Position numbers and translations under genes: made by a program. From assembly GCA_041662245.1 (NCBI GenBank), contig JBAZSW010000001.1:119757-183756 (forward strand): 64,000 nt of DNA, written 5' to 3'. The DNA is from Parcubacteria group bacterium (GTDB lineage Bacteria; Patescibacteriota; Minisyncoccia; Moranbacterales; UBA9337). Positions 10,095 through 18,784 of this stretch are shown here, piece after piece. Every line of letters begins with the position of its first letter. Position 1 is the first letter of the stretch. Below the pieces are notes generated by a model that worked only from the letters and a program-made list of their open reading frames with translations, was not told the DNA's origin and searched no databases.

Positions 10095-11363
10095 ATGGGA
10101 TTTGTTTCAAAAATTTTATCTATTCAAAAAAAACTCGATTTAGTTCTGGCTTTAGATATTGGTACGGAAGTTATTAAAGCACTTATTTTTAAAGTGGATA
10201 GTGCTAATAACAAGGGAATAGTTGTGGGTGTAGGAAAAGTTAGGCAAGAATTAGGCAATATGCAAAGTGGGGCAGTTTCTGATATCGCGGGGGTAGTAAA
10301 AGTCGCCAGAGAAGCAATAGATATCGCCAAAGGAAAAGCAGGAATAAAAAATGTTAAGTACGCTATTGTCGGAATAGCTGGAGAGCTGGTTAAAGGAACA
10401 ACCACCACTGTCCATTATGAGAGAGCGAATTCAGATTTAAAAATAGGATTACCTGAATTGAATAATATTATTCAAAAAGTGCAACAAAAAGCTTATGAGA
10501 GAATTGGAGAACAAATTGCTTGGGAAACTGGACAGAGTAATATTGATATAAAATTAATTAACGCAGCAGTTTCGGATGTAAGGATTGATGGTTATCGAAT
10601 TAATAATCCATTGGGATTTCAAGGGCATAACGTTTCTATTAGTGTTTTTAATGCCTATGCTCCAACTATTCATTTAGGAGCTATTGAATCGATTGTTAAT
10701 GAGCTGGGGATAGATTTGGCTAGTATCGCAGCAGAACCTTATGCAGTGGCAAAATTAGTTGATTTTGAGGGAGATTTAAATTTTAATTCCATATTTATTG
10801 ATGTGGGAGGAGGAACGACTGATATTGCGGTGGTTAGAAATGGCGGGTTAGAAGGAACTAAAATGTTTGCTTTAGGGGGGAGAGCTTTTACCAAGAGATT
10901 GTCTCAAGAAGTAGGCGTGGATTTCGAAAGAGCAGAGAGATTAAAAATAAATTATTCTTTGGGAAAATTAAGCAAAATAGATACTGAAAAAGTGGAACGA
11001 ATATTTGAAGATGATTGCCAGATTTGGTTAAGTGGAATAGAATTAGCTCTATCGGAGTTTTCTCAAAGTGATCTTTTGCCCAATAAAATTTTAATGTGTG
11101 GAGGAGGATCTGGCTTGCCGGGGATAAAAAAATCACTTTTATCTAAAGAATGGCTAAATAAATTGGCTTTTGTTAACCCTCCTAAAATATCATTTTTGCG
11201 CCCTCAAGATGCGGCCAATATCATTGATAAAACGGGTGAATTGACTAGTACTCAGGATGTTACGCCGATGGGATTAGCGGGATTAGTTTTGGAATTATCC
11301 CAGGAAGAAAAAGTTTTGGCAGGAATTTTGAAAAGAGCTATGAATAAAGTAGACTACAAATAA
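10095..11363 (+). CDS. FtsA-like actin/Hsp70-fold ATPase
   Basis: LALDIGT, AAEPYAVA, FIDVGGGTTDIA, CGGGSGLPG motifs. Confidence 0.8.
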   Translation: MGFVSKILSIQKKLDLVLALDIGTEVIKALIFKVDSANNKGIVVGVGKVRQELGNMQSGAVSDIAGVVKVAREAIDIAKGKAGIKNVKYAIVGIAGELVKGTTTTVHYERANSDLKIGLPELNNIIQKVQQKAYERIGEQIAWETGQSNIDIKLINAAVSDVRIDGYRINNPLGFQGHNVSISVFNAYAPTIHLGAIESIVNELGIDLASIAAEPYAVAKLVDFEGDLNFNSIFIDVGGGTTDIAVVRNGGLEGTKMFALGGRAFTKRLSQEVGVDFERAERLKINYSLGKLSKIDTEKVERIFEDDCQIWLSGIELALSEFSQSDLLPNKILMCGGGSGLPGIKKSLLSKEWLNKLAFVNPPKISFLRPQDAANIIDKTGELTSTQDVTPMGLAGLVLELSQEEKVLAGILKRAMNKVDYK

Positions 11364-11380
11364 TTTGTAAAAACATTAAT

Positions 11381-13168
11381 ATGCATCAAACTTTTTACAT
11401 TGATGTTGATGAAGAAGTAAATTCTGTCATTGGCAGAATTAGAAAATCAAATGCTAAATACAACATTTTAGTTGTTGCGCAAGGGGCTTTATTGATGCAA
11501 AGTTCAGTTAGTTTAAAATTGATAAAAAAAGAATCAGATATTTTAGATAAAAAAGTAATGATTGTGACCAAGGATGATAGAGCGGCTATTATTGCAAAAA
11601 AGATAGGTTTCCCAGTTAGAAGAAGTTTAGATGAAGTAAAGGAAATAAGCGCTAATCCTGTTTTAAAAAAACCAGACATCCAAATTGGTCGGGAAGCGGT
11701 TAATGAAAACAAAGTTAATGCAAAACCAGATTCAGATGAAATTTCAAATAAAAGAAATAGGTTGACTAATTTGGGTGCAGATAGTTTTATTGCTACTAAT
11801 GGAATAATTAAAAAAAATAATCTGGTTGAAAATAATAGAAGTTCTTTTTTGAAAAATAATTTGGATGATAGTAATAGAGAAAAAGTTGTTGTTAAGAATA
11901 ATAATTTATTGGAATCTCAAAATGATGGTTTTAAAGATCTTTTTACTGAATTTCCTGAACCAATCGTTACAGAAAAAAAACAAAAAACGTCAAATAAAAA
12001 TATGCTGAAATTTCTTTGGTTTTTTGTTGCAATTATCATGTTGCTTATTTTAGGTATTGCTGCTTACTTTTTTTTACCTAGCGCGGAAATTTCAGTTTTC
12101 CCTTTAAAAAGAGATGAGAATATAAGTCTGAAATTAAATATTTCAGAAGATGATAATGTCGTTGACCCTCAAGGAAATACGATTAATTTAAGAGGAAAAA
12201 TAATTGAAGATGAAGGCATCTTGTCTTTAACGTTTGATGCTACGGGACAAAAAGGAGGATCAGACCAAAAAGCTAAAGGAACAATTACCATTTATAATGA
12301 ATTTAGTGAAACCAGTCAAGTCTTGGTGGCGACGACGCGTTTACTGAGTGATAATGATAAACTTTTCAGATTGTTAAATACGGTGACTGTTCCAGGAATG
12401 ACAATCGTAGACGGTAAAGTGGAACCCGGAAAAATAGAAGCTGAGATTATAGCGGATGAATCAGGAACTGATTTTAATATTAAAGAAGCAACCCTTGCTA
12501 TTCCTGGTTTTAAGGGAAGTGCTAAATATGATAAATTTTATGCTAAATTAACTCAGGAAACAAAAGGTGGGGGAAGCAGTGGTGGAGATTTAAAAATGGT
12601 TTCTCGAAGTGATATTGAGAGCGCTAAATTTAAAACGGAAAATCAGTTAAAGAATCAATTGAAGGATAGTATTAAAAATAAGTCAGGCGAAGAGAATATT
12701 TTATTAGATAACGCTTTAATTTACGAGGTAACAGATTTTTCAGTTTTTCCAGAAGAAAGTTCAGTGACCGAAAGTTTTGAATATCAGGTTAAAATAAAAG
12801 TTAAATCTATTGTATTTTCTTCTGGAGATTTGGATGAGAAGATAACCACTTTTATTAATAGCAGTGTTATTAAAAAAGAGGTCCCTCTAAAATTAATTTC
12901 TTTTAGTAAAAATTATGGCAATGCCGATATAAATTTTGCCAAAGGAACAATAAATATGGAAATTAACGTTAATGCAAAATTACGTTCTCAAATTGATGCA
13001 GACAAGATTTCTAACAGTTTAGCTGGAAAAAGTAGGGATGAAATGAGCGGAATAATAAGCAATTATCCTCAAATAAGTAAAGCTGAGGCAATTATTTCTC
13101 CTAGTTTTATTTCAAACAGTTTCCCTAAATATCCTTCTAAAATAAAGGTTATAATTAGCGATAATTAA
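11381..13168 (+). CDS. Single-TM protein with baseplate J/gp47-like extracytoplasmic domain
   Basis: Cytoplasmic N-domain (YIDVDEEVNSVIGRI), TM near residue 210-230, KAKGTITIYNE...TRLLS...VTVPG...AEIIADESGTDFNI. Confidence 0.6.
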   Translation: MHQTFYIDVDEEVNSVIGRIRKSNAKYNILVVAQGALLMQSSVSLKLIKKESDILDKKVMIVTKDDRAAIIAKKIGFPVRRSLDEVKEISANPVLKKPDIQIGREAVNENKVNAKPDSDEISNKRNRLTNLGADSFIATNGIIKKNNLVENNRSSFLKNNLDDSNREKVVVKNNNLLESQNDGFKDLFTEFPEPIVTEKKQKTSNKNMLKFLWFFVAIIMLLILGIAAYFFLPSAEISVFPLKRDENISLKLNISEDDNVVDPQGNTINLRGKIIEDEGILSLTFDATGQKGGSDQKAKGTITIYNEFSETSQVLVATTRLLSDNDKLFRLLNTVTVPGMTIVDGKVEPGKIEAEIIADESGTDFNIKEATLAIPGFKGSAKYDKFYAKLTQETKGGGSSGGDLKMVSRSDIESAKFKTENQLKNQLKDSIKNKSGEENILLDNALIYEVTDFSVFPEESSVTESFEYQVKIKVKSIVFSSGDLDEKITTFINSSVIKKEVPLKLISFSKNYGNADINFAKGTINMEINVNAKLRSQIDADKISNSLAGKSRDEMSGIISNYPQISKAEAIISPSFISNSFPKYPSKIKVIISDN

Positions 13169-13244
13169 ATCTTTCTTTAAAGTAGCTCTTCCAAAAAGTC
13201 TTTTGTTATGTAATAATAGTAAATACTACTTATAAAACAAAGAA

Positions 13245-15044
13245 ATGGGACAGGAAATAGAGATGATAAAATCCAAATTAAATATTGTTGATTTAATTGG
13301 AGAATATGTTCGTTTGCAAAAAGCTGGTAACAACTGGAAAGCTTGTTGCCCATTTCATAATGAAAAAACGCCCTCTTTTTCCGTTAGTGAAGATAAACAG
13401 GTGTGGCATTGTTTTGGTTGTGGGAAGGGGGGGGATATTTTTGGATTTTTAATGGAAATAGAAGGATTAAATTTCAGAGAGGCTCTTGAAAATTTGGCTC
13501 AAAAAACAGGAGTAGATTTGCCCAAATATGATAATCGAGGAAATAGCACAATTGAAGAAAAAAATAAAATTTGGGACATTTTAGAATTGGCTACACGTTT
13601 TTATGAAAAACAATTGCAGGAAGGAGAAGCGGGGAAAAATATTTTGAAATATTTAAAAGAAAGAGGATTGACGGAAGAAACAATTCGTGAATTTAGAATT
13701 GGATATGCTCCAGATGGCTGGAGGAATATCGTCAGTTTTTTGGTAAATAAAAATTATGATACTAAGGATATCCTAGGAACAGGATTGATTATTCAAAAAG
13801 ACGAAAAATCTTTAGGAAAAGAAAATTTTTATGATCGTTTCAGGGATCGAATAATGTTTCCTATAGCTAATGCAGCGGGAAAAATAATTGGTTATTCGGC
13901 CAGAGTTTCTCCTGGTGGAGATGAATCTCAAGCTAAATATATCAATACTCCCGAAACAGAAATTTATCATAAAAGTAATGTTTTGTACGGAATAGATAAA
14001 GCTAAAATGAGCGCAAAAGCAAAAGATTGGATGCTTTTGGTGGAGGGAAATATGGACGTAATTGCCTCGAGTCAAGCGGGAATAAAAAATACAGTGGCGG
14101 TTTCAGGCACAGCTCTTACGGGGGATCAATTAACTATTATTAAGAGATATACTAAAAATATTAAAATGTTTTTCGATATGGATGAGGCTGGACAGAAGGC
14201 AGCCAAAAGGAGTGCTCAATTAGCTTTTGAAAAAGAATTGAATGTTTCCATTGTGGCAATTGATGATGGTAAAGACGCGGCGGATGCAGTTAAAGAAAAT
14301 ATTCAAAAATTTATAAAATCAATTGACGAATCTTTGTCAGCTATGGAATATTTTATTAAAAAATCTTTGGAAAACAGAAATAAAAATAATATAGAAGATA
14401 AAAAGATTATTATTGAAGAACTCTCAAGTTTAATTAATAGTTTTTCTAATAAGGTGGAGGCAGCTCATTGGACGAAGGAACTTGCAGAAAAACTGAATAT
14501 TCCCGAGGGAATCTTAGCTGAAGAATTCGCAAAAAGAAAGTATGTTTCAAATATTACGAATGAACGTTATTCGAATTACAATGACTTAAATGAGGATAGA
14601 ATGAATTATAATAGAATTAAAGATATTCAGATTCAAATAATGGGGACTTTTATTAGCGAAGATGAACTTTGGAGGGAATCGATTGAAAAATATCGCGAGG
14701 AAATTGAAAAATATTTTACTAACGCCAAAATAGTGGATATCATTATGAACAAGGGAAAAATGTATAATTTTAATTTCGAAAAATTATTAGACGGATTGGA
14801 TAGTTTTGAGCAGAAGAAATTTTTGAGAGAACTGTATTTTAAGAATTGCGAAAAAAATGAAGAGTTGGTGTCTATAGAAGAAAAACGAAAAGTAGTTGCT
14901 CAATACTTTGTTGAGCTTAAGAAAGAAATTACTAGGGAAAAGAGTAATAGTATAGTAGAACAGATTAAGGAAGCAGAAAAAAGTGGTAACAGGGGGAAAC
15001 TGGAAGAATTGACAAAAGAATTGATGAGTTTAAATAAAATTTAA
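13245..15044 (+). CDS. dnaG: DNA primase
   Basis: CPFHNEKTPSF / CFGCGKGGD zinc-binding domain, DRFRDRIMFPI, KYINTPET, EGNMDV TOPRIM. Confidence 0.97.
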   Translation: MGQEIEMIKSKLNIVDLIGEYVRLQKAGNNWKACCPFHNEKTPSFSVSEDKQVWHCFGCGKGGDIFGFLMEIEGLNFREALENLAQKTGVDLPKYDNRGNSTIEEKNKIWDILELATRFYEKQLQEGEAGKNILKYLKERGLTEETIREFRIGYAPDGWRNIVSFLVNKNYDTKDILGTGLIIQKDEKSLGKENFYDRFRDRIMFPIANAAGKIIGYSARVSPGGDESQAKYINTPETEIYHKSNVLYGIDKAKMSAKAKDWMLLVEGNMDVIASSQAGIKNTVAVSGTALTGDQLTIIKRYTKNIKMFFDMDEAGQKAAKRSAQLAFEKELNVSIVAIDDGKDAADAVKENIQKFIKSIDESLSAMEYFIKKSLENRNKNNIEDKKIIIEELSSLINSFSNKVEAAHWTKELAEKLNIPEGILAEEFAKRKYVSNITNERYSNYNDLNEDRMNYNRIKDIQIQIMGTFISEDELWRESIEKYREEIEKYFTNAKIVDIIMNKGKMYNFNFEKLLDGLDSFEQKKFLRELYFKNCEKNEELVSIEEKRKVVAQYFVELKKEITREKSNSIVEQIKEAEKSGNRGKLEELTKELMSLNKI

Positions 15045-15236
15045 TTTTTTGTGGGGTATTGGAAATAATTTTGTTAGATTAATTGAATGAAGGGCATGCT
15101 TTTAATTCGAGACATAAAATGTTTGCAAATATTTGTTTTTATGCTAAAAATGATATAGAATACAGACATTAAAGGAAGCGCATTATTTGTGTCAGTTTTC
15201 TTTTGTTTTTTGGTTAAGAAATTTACTTTTAAAAAA

Positions 15237-16652
15237 ATGGCTACAATTAAGAAAAAACTCAATAAAAAAAAGGCCCCAAAGAAAAAAAGGGTTATTTCTA
15301 AACTTTCTGGTAAGAAGATTTCAACAAAGAATAAAAGACTGACAAAAAAAGTTACTAAGAAATTTTTAAAAAAAGTCGCTAAGAAAAAAAATACTCCAAG
15401 GAGTACCAAAAAAATTGTGAAAAAAAATAAAAAAATATCAAAAAAGATAGTGAAGAAGGTCGTGAAAAAATCAGTAAAGAAGATAGTAAAAAAAGTAGCT
15501 AGGAAAAAAACAAAAAAAATAGTATCAACAAAAAAAGATAAAAAAGTCTTAAAACCGAAGGAAAAAATAATTAATGTTATTGATGATTTGGTTTTTCGAG
15601 GAAAGCAAAGAGGTTTTATAACTGAAGATGAGATTATCCACACCTTTCCTGATATGGAAAAAAACATAGAAGAATTGGAGGAACTCTATAGTAAATTGGA
15701 AATAGGGGGAGTGAGAATAATGAGTTCCGGTGAGGTGATAAAAAATGAAACAGATAAAATAGCAGAAAATTTTTCTGCTAGCAAAGCTAGTAAGAAAAAA
15801 GCTATAGAAGAATCAGAGCCAAACTATAATGATTCAGTCCAAATGTATTTGAGAGAAATCGGTAAAGTTCCACTTTTGAAATCGGATGATGAGGTAAGAT
15901 TGGCAAAATTGATTGAAAAAGGAGATATTCCTGCTAAGCAGAAGTTGACCGAATCTAATCTTCGTTTAGTGGTGAGTATTGCTAAAAAATATGTAGGAAG
16001 ATCCAATAATCTTTCTTTGTTGGATTTGATTCAAGAAGGTAACATTGGGCTATTTAAAGCAGTAGAAAAATTCGATTATCATAAGGGCTATAAATTTTCT
16101 ACTTATGCAACGTGGTGGATTCGCCAAGCGATAACTCGAGCGTTAGCCGATCAATCCCGAACTATTCGTATTCCTGTGCATATGGTAGAAACTATCAATA
16201 AATATACCCAGATTGTTAGACAACTGGTACAGGAATTAGGAAGAGAGCCATTGGCTGAAGAAATTGCGGCAGAAATGGATATGGAAGTAGATAAAATTAG
16301 ACATATCCAAAAGATTTCTCAAGAAACTGTTTCTCTAGAAACCTCTATCGGAGATAGTGATGACGATAGTGTTTTGGGAGATTTTATTGAAGATACAGAA
16401 ACAATTATGCCTGATCAAACTGCTTCTCGTACTTTGCTTAAAAGTCATGTGACGGAAATACTAGAAGAACTTAGTCCTCGAGAACAAAGAATTCTTAAGA
16501 TTCGTTTTGGGTTGGATGATGGTGTGACTCATACTCTTGAAGAGGTAGGACAAGAATTTGGAGTAACTCGCGAGCGTATCCGACAAATTGAAGCTAAAGC
16601 TTTGGATAAAATAAGAAATCAAAAAGGTCTCGGGAAATTAAGAGATTATTAA
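15237..16652 (+). CDS. rpoD: RNA polymerase primary sigma factor with lysine-rich N-terminal extension
   Basis: [70 protein letters not shown]; follows dnaG; ATG at 15237 preferred over GTG at 15189. Confidence 0.95.
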   Translation: MATIKKKLNKKKAPKKKRVISKLSGKKISTKNKRLTKKVTKKFLKKVAKKKNTPRSTKKIVKKNKKISKKIVKKVVKKSVKKIVKKVARKKTKKIVSTKKDKKVLKPKEKIINVIDDLVFRGKQRGFITEDEIIHTFPDMEKNIEELEELYSKLEIGGVRIMSSGEVIKNETDKIAENFSASKASKKKAIEESEPNYNDSVQMYLREIGKVPLLKSDDEVRLAKLIEKGDIPAKQKLTESNLRLVVSIAKKYVGRSNNLSLLDLIQEGNIGLFKAVEKFDYHKGYKFSTYATWWIRQAITRALADQSRTIRIPVHMVETINKYTQIVRQLVQELGREPLAEEIAAEMDMEVDKIRHIQKISQETVSLETSIGDSDDDSVLGDFIEDTETIMPDQTASRTLLKSHVTEILEELSPREQRILKIRFGLDDGVTHTLEEVGQEFGVTRERIRQIEAKALDKIRNQKGLGKLRDY

Positions 16653-16679
16653 GTTTTAATTTTTTTAAAAAATAAAACC

Positions 16680-17042
16680 ATGGAAAATATAAGTTTTGAA
16701 AAATCTAAACCAACGGTAGTTGAATCTGGGAAAGATAAAGGTTTAGAATTAAGTGGTCCCAATAAAAGAATTATTGAGTTATCCAAAAAAGAGTTAGGAA
16801 AAATTTTGGGATTTGGTTTGAAAAGTATAGAGGAAGATGCAGAATTGATGGAGGTGGCTGGTAAAAATTTTTTGGAAAATGAAGGGGTTTTAGCTAATAA
16901 AATTATGGAATGGGATAAGGCTCTAAGTGATATTAATAAGGACGCGACAATTGTAGAGAGTATGCTAGCTAAAAATTTTGCCGATAGTATAGCTAATTTT
17001 ATTAAAGAGGAATCAAAACTAAAAAATAGGTTTAATAATTAA
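16680..17042 (+). CDS. Hypothetical protein
   Basis: 120-aa ORF directly after rpoD. Confidence 0.6.
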   Translation: MENISFEKSKPTVVESGKDKGLELSGPNKRIIELSKKELGKILGFGLKSIEEDAELMEVAGKNFLENEGVLANKIMEWDKALSDINKDATIVESMLAKNFADSIANFIKEESKLKNRFNN

Positions 17043-17193
17043 ACTCTTGATTTTTTATATAAATAATATATAATAGTCTTTGTTGGCTTTGGAATTGTAT
17101 TTTTTTAGTTTTTAAAATTGGGCTTAGTTTTTTACTAAGTCGAACATTAAAAATTATATTCCGCGATAGCTCAGTGGTAGAGCAGTTGGCTGT

Positions 17194-17759
17194 GAACACA
17201 ATCTTTTGTATAATTAATTTATATGAAAGATACAAGAAAATACACTGATCGTTCTGAATATTTAAAACAAGCTGTATCTAAAAGAAGAAAGAAAATAAGA
17301 GATATAGCAATTGAATATAAGGGCGATAAATGTTTTATCTGTGGTTATGACAAATGCAAAAATGCATTAGAATTTCATCATACCGACCCAGTGAAAAAAG
17401 AATTTGGATTATCTAAATCAGGATTAACTCGTAGCTGGGAACGTGTAAAAAATGAAATTGAGAAGTGTGTTTTAGTTTGTGCTAATTGCCATAGAGAATT
17501 ACATGACAAAAACGCAGCCCTCAGTAGAAATACTAAGGTGAAAATAAGGTGAATTGCTGGAAGTCTAAAATCTTTTTTCAGTGTAAAGATTACGATAATC
17601 AGCAGCCGAGCCCCGACGTGACGTCGAGGAAGGTTCAGAGACTATCCCTTCGGGGAGTACTTTCTCTTTAATTAGAGATGGGAAGCGCCTTATCTCATAA
17701 TCTTTTGTAAGAAATGAGAATGATATAGTCCACCCTTTTTGGAAACAAGAAGATAAGTG
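17194..17759 (+). ncRNA. Group I self-splicing intron (566 nt) between tRNA positions 35 and 36
   Basis: 5' exon ends in U and intron ends in G. IGS GCAGCC (17514-19) pairs with exon GGCTGU. Core motifs P AATTGCTGGAA (~17552), Q AATCAGCAG (~17597), R GTTCAGAGACTA (~17633), S ATGATATAGTCC (~17720). P3 ATAAGGTG/CGCCTTAT; P7 GACTA/TAGTC. Confidence 0.92.
17223..17552 (+). CDS. Intron-encoded HNH (putative homing) endonuclease
   Basis: CFICGYDKC...LEFHH...CVLVCANCHRELH (Cys4-Zn HNH); lies in the P1 loop, and its stop overlaps the ribozyme core. Confidence 0.85.
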   Translation: MKDTRKYTDRSEYLKQAVSKRRKKIRDIAIEYKGDKCFICGYDKCKNALEFHHTDPVKKEFGLSKSGLTRSWERVKNEIEKCVLVCANCHRELHDKNAALSRNTKVKIR

Positions 17760-17789
17760 TAACCAATTGGTCGGGGGTTCGAATCCCTC

Positions 17790-17847
17790 TCGCGGAGCAA
17801 ATTAAGAAAGATACCTGCAAAGGTATCTTTTTTAATTTGCTCCGCGA
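17790..17847 (+). terminator. Long hairpin/terminator after tRNA-Asn, extending into the tRNA 3' end
   Basis: TCGCGGAGCAAATTAAGAAAGATACC-TGCAAA-GGTATCTTTTTTAATTTGCTCCGCGA inverted repeat. Confidence 0.75.
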
Positions 17848-18044
17848 AGAAAGTGAATGGTTTCACTTTTGTGAGGGTTCGAAAGTCGGAGTGTTGTGTG
17901 AGTTTTTCTGTTTAGGCAGAAAAGGCAAACACCACGAGACGGGGTCGCGAAATTTTTACGTCAGGAAAAATATTTGTGACAGAATCCCTCTCGCGGAGCT
18001 GCGAAAAACTCAAAAAAGACTACCTTATCAGGATAATCTTTTTT
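17793..18044 (+). repeat. 252-bp direct repeat, copy 1 (contains a tRNA-Asn 3'-end duplicate)
   Basis: Near-identical to 22908-23159 at offset 5115; includes GAATCCCTCTCGCGGAGC at 17982-17999. Confidence 0.92.
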
Positions 18045-18059
18045 TGTTTTGTATTTTTC

Positions 18060-18074
18060 CTAGGACCGTCCTAG
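18060..18074. repeat. REP-like palindrome CTAGGACCGTCCTAG
   Basis: 7-1-7 palindrome; also at 18758 and 23839, degenerate at 23173. Confidence 0.85.
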
Positions 18075-18118
18075 AAATAGGTAGAAGTATGTATCTATTT
18101 ATGCTAAAATCATAACAT

Positions 18119-18748
18119 ATGAGCAGAAGAGAAAAAATAATTATAGGAGAGTATTATCATATTTTTAATCGTGGAGTGGAGAAGAGAAAAATATTTAATA
18201 ATAAAAATGATTATTTTCGTTTTTGCAATTCGATGATTTTTTTGAATACGGAAAAACCTTCTAAAATGTCTTTTGACAAATTTGATGATAATGAACGTCC
18301 TTCTGACAATGAGATGTTAGTAGATATTGTTGCGTACTGCTTAAATTCAAATCACTTTCATTGCATTTTAAAAGAGAAACGGGAAAATGGAATTGCGACT
18401 TTTATAAAAAAAGTTTGTACAAGTCATGCTATGTATTTTAATAAAAAATATGAAAGATCAGGAGTATTGTTTCAGGGAAGATTTAAATCGGTACATATAG
18501 ATTCAAATGATTTACTGTTGTATTTATCTGCCTATGTTAATTGCAATAGTCAGGTTCACAAAATAGAGGATGCTGAAAAATATCCTTGGTGTAGTTTTCC
18601 TGAGTATTTAGGCGGGCTTGGAATTGGATGTCAAAAGTCTATCATTCTCGATCAATTTAAAAGTTCAATTGATTATAAAACATTTTGTTTAGAAAAAGTT
18701 GATGGAATGATAAGTAGGAAGGATAATGAAAAATTATGTTTTGAATAG
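18119..18748 (+). mobile_element. Y1 HUH transposase (IS200-like / REP-associated RAYT-like)
   Basis: YYHIFNRGVEKR, AYCLNSNHFH (HUH), YFNKKYERSGVLFQGRFK, YPWCS; bracketed by palindromes. Confidence 0.85.
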
Positions 18749-18757
18749 TCATAATTT

Positions 18758-18772
18758 CTAGGACCGTCCTAG
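18758..18772. repeat. REP-like palindrome CTAGGACCGTCCTAG
   Basis: Within TAATTTCTAGGACCGTCCTAGCTA, identical to 23833-23856. Confidence 0.85.
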
Positions 18773-18784
18773 CTAGTTAGTGAA

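Larger units (their letters stand above)
17160..17797 (+). tRNA. tRNA-Asn(GTT), split by a group I intron (exons 17160-17193 and 17760-17797)
   Basis: Joined exons TCCGCGATAGCTCAGTGGTAGAGCAGTTGGCTGT + TAACCAATTGGTCGGGGGTTCGAATCCCTCTCGCGGAG form a complete cloverleaf with anticodon GTT; CCA is not encoded. Confidence 0.93.

Noticed and set aside
11381-13168. Prophage, suggested by the baseplate-J-like domain
   Set aside because: No capsid, terminase, tail or integrase genes; the protein has a TM anchor and sits among housekeeping genes
15074-15667. 197-aa Phe-rich minus-strand ORF
   Set aside because: Antisense shadow of the AAA-rich lysine tail of rpoD
17032-17235. 67-aa minus-strand ORF
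   Set aside because: Antisense to the tRNA-Asn 5' exon
17837-18115. 92-aa ORF, and its paralog at 22853-23203
   Set aside because: Both run through the structured 252-bp non-coding repeat; similarity is explained by the DNA duplication; weak TTG/GTG starts
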